Shown here one piece after another: positions 39,355-49,303 of a DNA stretch of 64,000 nucleotides; the first letter of the stretch is position 1, and each line of letters starts with the position of its first letter. This DNA is from Patescibacteria group bacterium (lineage in GTDB: Bacteria; Patescibacteriota; Minisyncoccia; UBA6257; 1-14-0-10-40-38). Under the pieces are notes generated by a model, which ran no database searches, had not been told where the DNA came from, and saw nothing but the letters and a program-made list of their open reading frames with translations. Position numbers and translations under genes: made by a program. The DNA is taken from the NCBI GenBank assembly GCA_038064975.1, contig JBBTRX010000007.1, forward strand, positions 59,026 to 123,025. Reading direction: 5' to 3'.

Positions 39355-39532
39355 TATCATGAACAAAAAAAGAAAGGCCGCTCAGAAAAAGCGCCGCAAA
39401 CGGACAGGAAAGCAAATTTCCTTGCGGCATCGATAGATAGTTTCAAACACTATCGTCTGTGAGTGGACTCTGGGACACGCCTTCTCCGGGGTTTTTCTCT
39501 ATACTACTACTCCATATTAGGGGTCATATACT

Positions 39533-40675
39533 ATGTTTTCATTCACGATAGGAAAAAAATCAAAAAAAAGTTTTGCCCGCCTCGGAACAATCACGACGCC
39601 TCATGGAGTAATCCAAACACCTGCGTTTATTCCTGTTGCAACGCTAGGGGTCGTAAAGGGTGGATTGGACATGGAGGAAACCGAGCGATCCGGAATCCAA
39701 TGCCAAATCACCAACACATTTCATTTCCTTGATTTAAATGCAGTTGATCTTGTCAAAAAAGCAGGAGGATTACACAAGTTTTTTCAATTTTCAAAACCAA
39801 TATTTACCGATTCCGGCGGATTCCAGGTTTTTAGTTTGGGCAAAGGAACGGAATATGGATTCGGTAAGATCGTTTCATTTTTCCCCGAGAAACAGGATCT
39901 ACAAAAACGCAAAGAAGGATTTGTTAAAATCACAGAAGACGGCGTTACCTTTCGCTCTCCACGCGACGGACGAACTATCATACTTCGACCAGAGGATTCC
40001 GCTGCTACACAAAAATCACTTGGAGCAGACTTTATATATTTATTGGATATTTGCGGAACGGTGCTTGATGATAAAGCAGAAACAAAACGAGATCTTGAAC
40101 GGACGAACCGGTGGTTCAAGCGTTTCTTGGATACAAAAATTTCACCCACGCAAGCCACGTTTGGCATTATCCAAGGCGGAACGTTTCGGGATTTGCGAAA
40201 GGAATCAGCAAAAGCAGTGAGTAATCTTCCGGTCTTCGGTATTGCAATCGGCGGAGCGCTCGGGAAAAGCAAGGCGGACGTAAAGCGCGTGCTTTCATGG
40301 GTAAATGAATATATTGATTGGGAAAAGCCGCACCATATGTTGGGTATTGGAGACTTAGAATCAATCCCCGAAATGATAAAAGGTGGTATCGATCTTTTTG
40401 ATTGCGCGCTCCCCACTCGCATAGCACGGCATGGTACTGCACTTACCACGCGAGGATACCTCCAACTCAAAAAGGCTGAGTTTAGAAATGATATGAAGCC
40501 GATTATTCCTTCATGTATATGTTTTACTTGTTTAAACTATTCGCGCGCACATCTCCACTTTTTGCTTAAAGGATACGAACTATTGCCGTTAAAACTCCTG
40601 ACCATACATAATCTAGGCCTTATGGAGCAGTATGTTGCTAACATTCGAGAGAAAATTGCAGCGGGGAAAATATAA
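39533..40675 (+). CDS. tgt: tRNA-guanine transglycosylase
   Basis: TDSGGFQ, QGG, FDCALPTR and CICFTC. Confidence 0.93.
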   Translation: MFSFTIGKKSKKSFARLGTITTPHGVIQTPAFIPVATLGVVKGGLDMEETERSGIQCQITNTFHFLDLNAVDLVKKAGGLHKFFQFSKPIFTDSGGFQVFSLGKGTEYGFGKIVSFFPEKQDLQKRKEGFVKITEDGVTFRSPRDGRTIILRPEDSAATQKSLGADFIYLLDICGTVLDDKAETKRDLERTNRWFKRFLDTKISPTQATFGIIQGGTFRDLRKESAKAVSNLPVFGIAIGGALGKSKADVKRVLSWVNEYIDWEKPHHMLGIGDLESIPEMIKGGIDLFDCALPTRIARHGTALTTRGYLQLKKAEFRNDMKPIIPSCICFTCLNYSRAHLHFLLKGYELLPLKLLTIHNLGLMEQYVANIREKIAAGKI

Positions 40676-40697
40676 TAAATAATGATATACTAAATCC

Positions 40698-41729
40698 ATG
40701 CCACTGAAGGATTCTCATCGTTTTCTCGTTGCCGTTCTTCTCTTCTTTTTTGCGTTGTTCGTTTTTGTTCTCAGCGGGTTTTTAGCCCCTGTGGTGTTAG
40801 GTTTTTTACTCGCAGCACTTAGTTTTCCACTCTATCACTTTCTTGCGAAGCGCATTCATGCCAATCTCGCCGCCCTTGTAGTAACTATTCTTGTTGTTCT
40901 TATTATTATCATCCCTGTGAGTGCCGCCCTTTTTGCGCTTACCAGTGAAGCGGTAAGTTTTGCGAATATCGCCCGAACCCAAGGTGTGAATGAAGGAACG
41001 GTCTTTGATGTCATAGAAAAAATCGCCTTAAAGTTTGGGATTTCTGCGATCGATCAGATTGAACAGAATATTTCTCTTGCACTCCGCAATATCGGCACCT
41101 TTCTTACTCAAGAGATCGGAACGGCTCTCTCCAATGCGTTTCGATTTGGCATCAATTTCTTTGTCATGCTTATTACCCTTTTCTATGTCCTTCGCGACGG
41201 GAAGGCATTTGGATCGTTCGTTATGTTTTTCAGTCCGCTTAAATCCCAGGATGAACTTCTTATTTATCGGACATTCCGTGAAACTGGAAAGGCAGTAGTT
41301 ACGAGCACATTCGCGGGAGCACTTCTCCAAGGAGTATTGGGTGGATTAGCATTCACTTTTGCTGGGCTTGCCTCCCCTGTTTTTTGGGGATCGCTTATGG
41401 CTTTTTTGGGTCTTATCCCATTTTTAGGGCCTTTTATTGTGTTTGTTCCTGCGGCCCTTTATCTTTTCTTTATTGGCAAAACCGGTATTGCCATACTCTT
41501 TTTGCTTTTTAATATTCTTATTGTTTCCTCGGTTGATAACCTCATCAAGCCATTTATTATGGGAGGGCAAGCGCATATCCATCCACTTCTTAGCCTACTC
41601 GCTATCCTCGGAGGAATTACCGCATTTGGTATTATAGGAATTGTCTATGGTCCGCTTATCTTTGCAATTTTCCTTGCATTGCTTAAAGTATATGAAGAGT
41701 CGTCAAAATCATCTCATACCCATTCATGA
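40698..41729 (+). CDS. AI-2E family transporter
   Basis: IPFLG, DNLIKP, HPLL and GIVYGP. Confidence 0.9.
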   Translation: MPLKDSHRFLVAVLLFFFALFVFVLSGFLAPVVLGFLLAALSFPLYHFLAKRIHANLAALVVTILVVLIIIIPVSAALFALTSEAVSFANIARTQGVNEGTVFDVIEKIALKFGISAIDQIEQNISLALRNIGTFLTQEIGTALSNAFRFGINFFVMLITLFYVLRDGKAFGSFVMFFSPLKSQDELLIYRTFRETGKAVVTSTFAGALLQGVLGGLAFTFAGLASPVFWGSLMAFLGLIPFLGPFIVFVPAALYLFFIGKTGIAILFLLFNILIVSSVDNLIKPFIMGGQAHIHPLLSLLAILGGITAFGIIGIVYGPLIFAIFLALLKVYEESSKSSHTHS

Positions 41730-41818
41730 AAAAATTTAAAAACATATTAGTTATTGTCGTTATCAGCCTCATTATTATTGCGTTCATCGCTCCTCTCTTC
41801 CTGGGATACGGATTCTAA
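41726..41818 (+). CDS. 30-aa single-TM peptide
   Basis: ATGA overlap; MKKFKNILVIVVISLIIIAFIAPLFLGYGF. Confidence 0.45.
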   Translation: MKKFKNILVIVVISLIIIAFIAPLFLGYGF

Positions 41819-41897
41819 GCCGGATTCTTTGTGTGTAGAGGCGAAATTTGATAGAATAGAGTAAGGAAACGTCGTAATCATCATTTACTTTAATAGT

Positions 41898-42059
41898 ATG
41901 GAACAAAATAAGAACTGCGAGCATTGCAAAAAAGAAGATTGTAAGACGTGTGTAACGGATTCAGGTAAAACGTTTTGCTGCCAAAACTGCTGCGACGAAT
42001 ATAAGGAGAAATCCCACGAAGAGAAAAAAGAACCCGCAAACGTTTGTAAATTTTGCTAG
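41898..42059 (+). CDS. Cys-rich metallothionein/TRASH-like peptide (53 aa)
   Basis: MEQNKNCEHCKKEDCKTCVTDSGKTFCCQNCCDEYKEKSHEEKKEPANVCKFC, 10 Cys. Confidence 0.7.
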   Translation: MEQNKNCEHCKKEDCKTCVTDSGKTFCCQNCCDEYKEKSHEEKKEPANVCKFC

Positions 42060-42071
42060 GTAATTGCCGTT

Positions 42072-44657
42072 ATGCCAAAAATTGATTGGCATTCCCAAAC
42101 ATTCCCCGAGACCATCACTTCGCTCAAAACCAATCCTAACGGATTGGATGAGACCGAAGTAAAAAGGCGTCTCGGGGAATTTGGTTTGAATAAGCTCGCC
42201 GAAGAAAAGAAATTAGGGTGGCTTCGCCTGCTTCTTAGGCAATTTCAAAGCCCGCTCGTATACCTCTTATTTATTGCTGGTGGGGTAACTATTTGGCTCC
42301 ACGAAACAACGGATACTATCGTCATTCTTCTCTCTGTTGCCGTAAATACGGGCATAGGATTCTATCAAGAATTCCATTCTGGAAACGTTTTTGACTCCCT
42401 CAAGAAAACGGTAAAAACGACCGGAATCGTAATGCGAAACAATGAACCGAGAGAGATTCTTGCGGATCAAATTGTTCCTGGAGATATTATTCTGCTTAAA
42501 ACCGGCCTCAAAATTCCTGCTGACGCGCGCCTCATTTCCGAACGGGATCTAAATATTGACGAATCTTTGCTTACCGGAGAGTCAAAGCCCGTTTCTAAAA
42601 CGACTGATCCGCTCTCTCCTCAAACTCCTCTCGCAGATCGCTCAAATATGGTTTTTATGGGAACAGTAACAGAACGTGGAGAAGGCGTTGCTGTTGTAGT
42701 AACTACGGGATCGCAGACTGAAATTGGAGCAATAGCAGAACTGACACGTAAAGTTGAAGACGAATCAACGCCCCTTCAGGAGCGTATTAGCCGACTCGGG
42801 CAAACCCTTATCGCTATATCCGTATCTGCAATTCTTCTCATCTTTGCACTTGGGATTCTGGAAGGACGGGGCTTTGCGGAAATGCTTACGACGTCCGTCG
42901 CCATAGCTGTTGCAGCAATACCCGAAGGCTTGCCCGCCGCAATTGCCGTCGTACTTGCCGTTGGCGCACAGCGCGTCTACCGCAAAAAAGGACTTATTAG
43001 GAGACTTGTCGCCGCAGAGACCTTGGGATCAGTTTCGGTAATTTGCACCGATAAAACAGGGACGCTCACCGAAGGGAAAATGAAGCTTGAGAAACTACTT
43101 CTAGGGGACGCAAACGAATCTGATAAACAAATCGCCATGTATGCTCTTGGACTTTCTAATGAAGCCCTTCTTGAAACACAGGACGGCAAAAGTACAATCA
43201 ACGGAGATTCAACCGATCAGGCGAAAATGGTGTATTTTCTAGGAGCGGGGAATCGGCTCCAGACCGTACTTACCGAGCTACCTCGCATCACTCTTCTTTC
43301 ATTTAGTTCTGAAACAAAATACCTCGCGTCATTCCATAATGATAAAGGTAAAACAAAAATCTTTATTACCGGAGCTCCCGAAGTACTGCTTAAAATTGCA
43401 GATGGCGCGGACAGCGGGTATTGGTTGAGTCAAAACAATGAACTTGCAAGCCAAGGATTTCGGATTATCGGAATTGCTGAAAAAACGTTAGACAATCTTA
43501 TTCCCGCAAACGCTGATCAGGTTAATTTACAAGATCAAATTCACGGCATCCGTTTCCTCGGTATTGCAGCAATCAGAGATCCGATTAGACCCGATGTCAA
43601 AGAAACGATCCAAAAAACACGGGGAGCCGGCGTTACGGTCGTTATGATCACCGGAGACAATCGCCTTACCGCTCGAGCGATTGGAAAAGAGCTTGGCTTT
43701 CTAGATAACTCTGAATCAATTATTGATGGCGAGGAATTGGATCGTTTAAGTGAGGATGAGTTTATAAAACGCATCAGATCCCTTGCTATCTATGCTCGTG
43801 TTTCGCCGGCGCATAAAATGCGCATTGTACAAGCATGGCAAAAGATCGGAGAAACGGTTGCGATGACGGGAGACGGAGTAAACGACGCACCCTCGCTCAA
43901 GGCCGCAGATATCGGTATCGGAGTGGGAGGTGGCACTGATGTCGCCAAAGACGCGAGCGATCTTATCCTTATTGATAACAGTCTTACTACGATAACCGCC
44001 GCTATTGAACAGGGACGTATTGCTTTTGATAATATCAGGAAGGTTGTTGTTTTCCTTTTAAATGGGACGTTTACGGAAGTTTTGATTATTTTGGGCGCCC
44101 TTCTTTTTAAACTTCCATTACCACTTACTGCAGTACAAATCTTATGGGTAAATCTTATAGAAGATGGCTTACCGAATTTCGCGCTCGCATTTGAACCCGG
44201 AGAACCGGATGTTATGAACCGTCCTCCGCTCCCCCGCAAAGCTCCGATTATTAATAAAGAAAGTGCCTGGATTATTTTCTTTGCTGGTATCGTGAGCGAT
44301 GTTCTTCTTGTTGGACTTTTTATCCAATTGGATTTACATAGCATCTTTTCTCTCGCCGAAGTGCAAACTATCTTTTTTGCGGCCGTCGGATCTGATGCCT
44401 TGTTTAATATTTTTGCCCTTAAATCATTAAAACAACCGCTCTATCGCACTAAATTCGGCAATAATCCTTATCTTCTTTTTGCCGTCGGTATTGGAGCCGT
44501 TATTATGATTCTTTCCATCTATACTCCCTTTTTAAATGCATTCCTTCATACTGCTCCACTTGGTCTTGCAGGTATCAGTATCGTTCTTGGGTATCTTGTC
44601 TTCCGAACAATACTCATTGAGCTTATTAAGTGGAAGTTCCGGTCTTCCCATGAGTAA
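42072..44657 (+). CDS. P-type cation-transporting ATPase (P2A, Ca2+-type)
   Basis: TGES, PEGL, DKTGT, GDGVND and QILWVNL. Confidence 0.93.
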   Translation: MPKIDWHSQTFPETITSLKTNPNGLDETEVKRRLGEFGLNKLAEEKKLGWLRLLLRQFQSPLVYLLFIAGGVTIWLHETTDTIVILLSVAVNTGIGFYQEFHSGNVFDSLKKTVKTTGIVMRNNEPREILADQIVPGDIILLKTGLKIPADARLISERDLNIDESLLTGESKPVSKTTDPLSPQTPLADRSNMVFMGTVTERGEGVAVVVTTGSQTEIGAIAELTRKVEDESTPLQERISRLGQTLIAISVSAILLIFALGILEGRGFAEMLTTSVAIAVAAIPEGLPAAIAVVLAVGAQRVYRKKGLIRRLVAAETLGSVSVICTDKTGTLTEGKMKLEKLLLGDANESDKQIAMYALGLSNEALLETQDGKSTINGDSTDQAKMVYFLGAGNRLQTVLTELPRITLLSFSSETKYLASFHNDKGKTKIFITGAPEVLLKIADGADSGYWLSQNNELASQGFRIIGIAEKTLDNLIPANADQVNLQDQIHGIRFLGIAAIRDPIRPDVKETIQKTRGAGVTVVMITGDNRLTARAIGKELGFLDNSESIIDGEELDRLSEDEFIKRIRSLAIYARVSPAHKMRIVQAWQKIGETVAMTGDGVNDAPSLKAADIGIGVGGGTDVAKDASDLILIDNSLTTITAAIEQGRIAFDNIRKVVVFLLNGTFTEVLIILGALLFKLPLPLTAVQILWVNLIEDGLPNFALAFEPGEPDVMNRPPLPRKAPIINKESAWIIFFAGIVSDVLLVGLFIQLDLHSIFSLAEVQTIFFAAVGSDALFNIFALKSLKQPLYRTKFGNNPYLLFAVGIGAVIMILSIYTPFLNAFLHTAPLGLAGISIVLGYLVFRTILIELIKWKFRSSHE

Positions 44658-44680
44658 GGGGTGATATACTTAAAAGCACT

Positions 44681-45688
44681 ATGCCGTTTGCGCAAAAAAA
44701 AGAGGAGTACGCAGATTTACCAGCTCATGCTGCCGGAAGATTGATGGCGCAAAATATTCCGATTATCCGCCCGGATGACACCATTGCGAGCGCGGAAAGA
44801 TTCCTTATGGAACATGCGAGAGATCTCGCAACCATTAATTATCTCTATGTTGCAGATAAGGAAAGACTAGTTGGAGTACTTTCTATTAAAGAGGTTTTTC
44901 GCTCGCTTAAAACAACTCCGGTTGCTGATTTAATGAGACGGGAACTTATAACGGCCCGCCCTCATACTGAAGCAGGCAGAATCGCGCTTCTTGCAATTGA
45001 ACATAATTTAAAAGAAATCCCTATTGTAAACGGGGAAGGAAAACTTTTGGGCTCGGTCGGATCCGATATGGTTCTCCATATTCTTCACGAAAAACATGTA
45101 ACAGAAATGCTCTCGGTGGCCGGAGTTCATGGGTTTCAGGATTCACAAAAGCTTGCCTCTGCGTCTATTGGTTTATTACTCAAAAAACGCCTTCCCTGGC
45201 TTCTTCTGGGGCTCGGCGGAAGTATTATTGCCGCAGCCATTATTGGATCGTTCCATACAGAAATTCAAGCAACAATTCTTCTTGCTGCTTTCATTCCAGC
45301 AGTAACATATATCTCGGGAGCGGTAGGGGCACAGGGCAATTCTATTTTTGTAAGAACACTTGCTCTGGATAGAAATTTTAAGTTCGGAGCCTATATCCGT
45401 CGGGAGATTCAGATTTCTTTCAGTATTGCCATCCTTCTTGCTATCACGATGGGATTTGTTTCTTTTCTCGTCTGGCAGAACCAAGTCTTGAGCATCATTC
45501 TTGCCTCATCCTTTCTTATCTCCATACTCGCTTCTTCCGTGATTTCAATATTTTTGCCTTGGATTTTTTTGAAATATAAAGTTGACCCTGCACTAGTGAG
45601 CGCTCCTTTTGATACCATTCTTTCCGATATTGTAAGTATTACTATTTATTTTGCCCTTGCCTCATTCATTCTGCGTATCTCCGCATAA
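44681..45688 (+). CDS. mgtE: MgtE-family magnesium transporter (CBS pair plus membrane domain)
   Basis: CBS domains, RLPWL and DPALVSAP. Confidence 0.85.
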   Translation: MPFAQKKEEYADLPAHAAGRLMAQNIPIIRPDDTIASAERFLMEHARDLATINYLYVADKERLVGVLSIKEVFRSLKTTPVADLMRRELITARPHTEAGRIALLAIEHNLKEIPIVNGEGKLLGSVGSDMVLHILHEKHVTEMLSVAGVHGFQDSQKLASASIGLLLKKRLPWLLLGLGGSIIAAAIIGSFHTEIQATILLAAFIPAVTYISGAVGAQGNSIFVRTLALDRNFKFGAYIRREIQISFSIAILLAITMGFVSFLVWQNQVLSIILASSFLISILASSVISIFLPWIFLKYKVDPALVSAPFDTILSDIVSITIYFALASFILRISA

Positions 45689-45723
45689 ATCCCGTTAGAA
45701 ACATCCTGCTTCTAACGGGATAA

Positions 45724-45752
45724 ATAAAATCCCCGCCGAACGCGGGGATTTT
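45724..45752. terminator. Bidirectional terminator
   Basis: ataaaatccccgc-cgaa-cgcggggattttat region between convergent mgtE and ftsZ. Confidence 0.75.
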
Positions 45753-45766
45753 ATAATTTCCTAGCG

Positions 45767-46918
45767 TTATTTCTTTCGTTTTCTCAAGAATGCTGGGATA
45801 TCCCAAATGTCTTCCTCAGCTTTTTTGGCAGCTTCCTTTATAGACGGTTCTTCTACTTTCGGCTCTTCTCGATGAAACGCCTTAGGTGGCTCATCTACCG
45901 TAAAGAGCGTTGGAGATGGTGCAATATCCATACTGCGGGAAAAATTCGCATTAAATCCGGTCGCGATAAGGGTAATCTTAATCTGTCCGGGTTTTAACTT
46001 CCTATCATGATAAGCACCGAAGATGATTCTCGCGCTCGCGTCTACCGATGCCGCTATCGTTTTTGCCACGTCATTAATTTCAGTCATCCTCAAATCCTTA
46101 CTTCCAGCTATTCCAAAAAGAACTCCTCGTGCGCCTTCTATGGAAACTTCCAAGAGCGGAGAATTCACCACTTGGCTTACAGCATTCACCGCGCGATCAG
46201 GGCCGCTCCCAATACCAATGCCGACGAGCGCTGAGCCTGCATCTTGCATGATAGCTCGAACGTCCGCGAAGTCCACGTTGATAATACCCGGCATCGCGAT
46301 AAGTTCAGAGATGCCTTGTACCGCGGATCTGAGTACATCATCAATATATTCAAATGCCTTAAGAAGCGGGGTATCCTTGCGGATGATACTAAAGATCCTG
46401 TCGTTTGGGACAACAATCAGCGTATCTACTTTTTCTTTAAGCCGCATAAGGGCACTTTCTGCAATCTTCATGCGCTGAGACCCTTCAAACCCAAAAGGCT
46501 TTGTTACTACACCAACAGTGAGCGCTCCTGCCTCTCTGGCCGCTTCAGCGACAAGCGGACTTACACCAGAGCCCGTTCCTCCGCCAAGCCCTGCGGTAAT
46601 AAAAACAAGATCTGCGCCTTTCAAGGCTTCAACAATTTCTGATTTATTTTCTTCCGCCGCCTGCCTACCAATCTCCGGATTCATACCGGTACCCAAGCCA
46701 CGCGTTAAATTTCTTCCGATATAAATTTTCTTTCTCGCCTCGCAATAATCCAAATCCTGCGCATCAGTATTAATGGCGATAAACTCAAGGCCTCGAATAT
46801 TGATACTTTGAACCATCCGCGATACGGCATTTCCGCCTCCACCGCCAACTCCCACTACTTTGATTTTTGGGGTATAAATCTGCGAAGTAGTAGTTAATTC
46901 TCGTTTAGTTTTTTTCAT
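45767..46918 (-). CDS. ftsZ: Cell division protein FtsZ
   Basis: GVGGGGGNA, GGGTGSG and INVDFAD. Confidence 0.97.
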   Translation of the reverse strand: MKKTKRELTTTSQIYTPKIKVVGVGGGGGNAVSRMVQSINIRGLEFIAINTDAQDLDYCEARKKIYIGRNLTRGLGTGMNPEIGRQAAEENKSEIVEALKGADLVFITAGLGGGTGSGVSPLVAEAAREAGALTVGVVTKPFGFEGSQRMKIAESALMRLKEKVDTLIVVPNDRIFSIIRKDTPLLKAFEYIDDVLRSAVQGISELIAMPGIINVDFADVRAIMQDAGSALVGIGIGSGPDRAVNAVSQVVNSPLLEVSIEGARGVLFGIAGSKDLRMTEINDVAKTIAASVDASARIIFGAYHDRKLKPGQIKITLIATGFNANFSRSMDIAPSPTLFTVDEPPKAFHREEPKVEEPSIKEAAKKAEEDIWDIPAFLRKRKK

Positions 46919-46921
46919 ATG

Positions 46922-47195
46922 AGAACCCATCTTAACAATCCCGCTCTATCGCGTTGCAACTCGTTTTTTGACGAGCGCAAGGCGCGACGAGAAGAGTGGA
47001 GTTTACGCTCCCTCGACGAGAAGCAACGAAGCGATTCGACAAAAACGAGCGCAACCCTTCGGGATAGGGCCAATATACCCACCCCCTGCGTCGCTCCGCC
47101 TCGGAGTAGTTTTTCACTACACCTTCGTTGTCGCTCCTTGTGATGTACCTATATTGGCTCATATCGCGTTAAGTGGGGTTGTTAAGATGAGTTCT
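46922..47195. repeat. MITE/REP-like nested-hairpin element between ftsA and ftsZ
   Basis: 21-bp terminal inverted repeats with 2 mismatches; two internal long hairpins. Confidence 0.7.
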
Positions 47196-47196
47196 A

Positions 47197-48435
47197 CTAG
47201 GGAGCAAAGTATTTCCAGGCTTTTTTGAGCAATGATGTTGCTCCCCCTAAAGGAATATTGAATTTCTTTGATTCCCCTATACTATCATATCCCATAAGCA
47301 ACAAGCCAAGACCCGCGGTAAGCTCCGGATCATCCAGCATTGTAGCGTCTTCAGAGTTCCTAATATCATATGAAGCAAGGTCCGGATTCGCTATTTGAGC
47401 CGCAAGGTGCAGTTCTTGTTTTGCGAGTTCTATAATTGAAGGGATTTTAGCTCCCCCTCCAGTAAGCACTACTCCACCCGGGAGTTGTCCTGCTTTTTTA
47501 AGATAGCCAAGTTCGTTGTTTACAAACTTAAAAATTTCCGCGAGGCGCGCTTCGATAATTTCAGCGATGTACCGTTTAGTAATATGCCCCTTTGCTCCGG
47601 GATCAATTTTTGAAAGCTCAATGTTTTCCCGCGCAGGAATCTCTTTCGCTATAGCAGATCCGTACGAAAGTTTCACCCGCTCCGCGAAATGCACCGGGAT
47701 TTTGAGCCCGATCGCAAGATCGTTAGTAATATTAGACGCTCCCACGGGAAAAACGGCGGCATGGACAATTTTACCCTCTTCATAAACACACATGCTCGTT
47801 TTTCCATAACCGATATCCACGAGCACTACACCGAGCTCGCGCTGACTTTTTGTGAGTATTGCACGAGCATCTGCGAGCGGCTGGAGAATAAGTTTTCTAA
47901 CTTCTCCCCCTAACATCTCAACGCACTTCATTAAATTTTTTATATTGGGAGCAAACGCATCAATGATTAAACTATTCACCTCCAAGCGATTGCCAACCAT
48001 CTCAACGGGGTCGCGAATATCACGAACGCCGTCAACGATATATTCTCTAACTATGGAATGGAGCACGAGGCGGTTTGCCGGAATATTAATTGCCTGGGCA
48101 CTCTGCATGGCCCGTTTAACGTCGTCTTCATTGATCTCATAATCTGCACGGGAAACAGCGACGATACCGATAGAAGATTGGACTTTAATATCGCTTGATC
48201 CGATACCGAGAAAAATCTCGGCAAGAGCGTCTTTGCTGAACTTTTTTACCTCAGCGAGTACGGGAGAAAGGGACTGCGTAAGCTCTGCGATATCATGCAC
48301 GACGCCCTTTCTAATACCCTGCGAGGGATGTTTCATAACACGAAGGACGGTGATGCCACCGTCTCGCCTTATTTCTCCAATAACTGTTTTAATAGTGGAC
48401 GATCCAACGTCCAATCCTACAATAAACCGAGGCAT
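47197..48435 (-). CDS. ftsA: Cell division protein FtsA
   Basis: LDVGSS, VDIGYGKT and LTGGGA. Confidence 0.95.
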   Translation of the reverse strand: MPRFIVGLDVGSSTIKTVIGEIRRDGGITVLRVMKHPSQGIRKGVVHDIAELTQSLSPVLAEVKKFSKDALAEIFLGIGSSDIKVQSSIGIVAVSRADYEINEDDVKRAMQSAQAINIPANRLVLHSIVREYIVDGVRDIRDPVEMVGNRLEVNSLIIDAFAPNIKNLMKCVEMLGGEVRKLILQPLADARAILTKSQRELGVVLVDIGYGKTSMCVYEEGKIVHAAVFPVGASNITNDLAIGLKIPVHFAERVKLSYGSAIAKEIPARENIELSKIDPGAKGHITKRYIAEIIEARLAEIFKFVNNELGYLKKAGQLPGGVVLTGGGAKIPSIIELAKQELHLAAQIANPDLASYDIRNSEDATMLDDPELTAGLGLLLMGYDSIGESKKFNIPLGGATSLLKKAWKYFAP

Positions 48436-48447
48436 AGTTTTATAGTA

Positions 48448-48852
48448 TTACAAATTCTGAAACTGAGATTCTTTGAGACGCTCTTCAAAGATCTTTTCTT
48501 TTTGCTCCATCACTATTCTATCATGGGTACGCACATGGTCATATCCTAGGAGATGCAAAAAACCGTGGATAACCATAGTGAGAAGACTCTCTCCCGCCCG
48601 TTTGATATAAAATGGATTTATATACACCTCTCCCAAAAATTCGCCTGGCATATCAGGACGAGGAGTGCCTTTGGTGTGAGGGAAGGAGAGAACGTTTTTA
48701 TTCATGAATTTGCTTCCCACAAGATATATAAAAAAAGAACCCTCCCGTTTTCCGGAGAGCACAAGTAAGCGTTCAGCTGCCGCTTGCACCGCTTTTGCGT
48801 ATTGTGCGGCACGCTTATCCCCTACAACCACTACAACGCGAGATTGCTTCAT
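48448..48852 (-). CDS. ybeY: rRNA maturation RNase YbeY
   Basis: NVLSF and HGFLHLLGYDH. Confidence 0.9.
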   Translation of the reverse strand: MKQSRVVVVVGDKRAAQYAKAVQAAAERLLVLSGKREGSFFIYLVGSKFMNKNVLSFPHTKGTPRPDMPGEFLGEVYINPFYIKRAGESLLTMVIHGFLHLLGYDHVRTHDRIVMEQKEKIFEERLKESQFQNL

Positions 48853-49295
48853 TACTCGTTAAAAGCACGCTTTATGGCATCGCTTATAATCCTACCGTCA
48901 GCCTTACCCTTCAATTCTGCCATCACCGCTTTCATTGCGGTTACAAAATCCTTTGCGCCTGATACGCTTACAATCTTTGAGACTTGGCGTTCAACCTCCT
49001 CATCGCTCATCTGTGCGGGAAGATATTGTTTTAGTATTTTTAATTCTTCTTTCTCCTTATCAGCAAGATCTGTTCTTCCGCCATCCGTAAACATGCGGAT
49101 AGAATCTTCCCGTTTTTTCGCTTCGGAGTTTATGATTGCTATTACTTTATCGTCAGGAAGATTATCGGATATTTTTTCTGCTATAGCCTTATTCTTTATC
49201 ACCGACAAAACCATGCGAAGAACGAGCAACGTCCTTTCGTCGTGCGCCCTAAGGGCGGTTTTTAAATCTTGATCAATGCGTTCTCGTAAGGTCAT
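48852..49295 (-). CDS. GatB/YqeY domain protein
   Basis: KKREDSI..F..GGR.DLA..E..E...L..YLP. Confidence 0.92.
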   Translation of the reverse strand: MTLRERIDQDLKTALRAHDERTLLVLRMVLSVIKNKAIAEKISDNLPDDKVIAIINSEAKKREDSIRMFTDGGRTDLADKEKEELKILKQYLPAQMSDEEVERQVSKIVSVSGAKDFVTAMKAVMAELKGKADGRIISDAIKRAFNE

Positions 49296-49303
49296 GGAAT
49301 ATC

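Noticed and set aside
39784-40470. 228-aa minus-strand ORF and similar long shadow ORFs (43790-44344, 46023-46478, 25998-26540)
   Set aside because: Antisense shadows of well-supported genes
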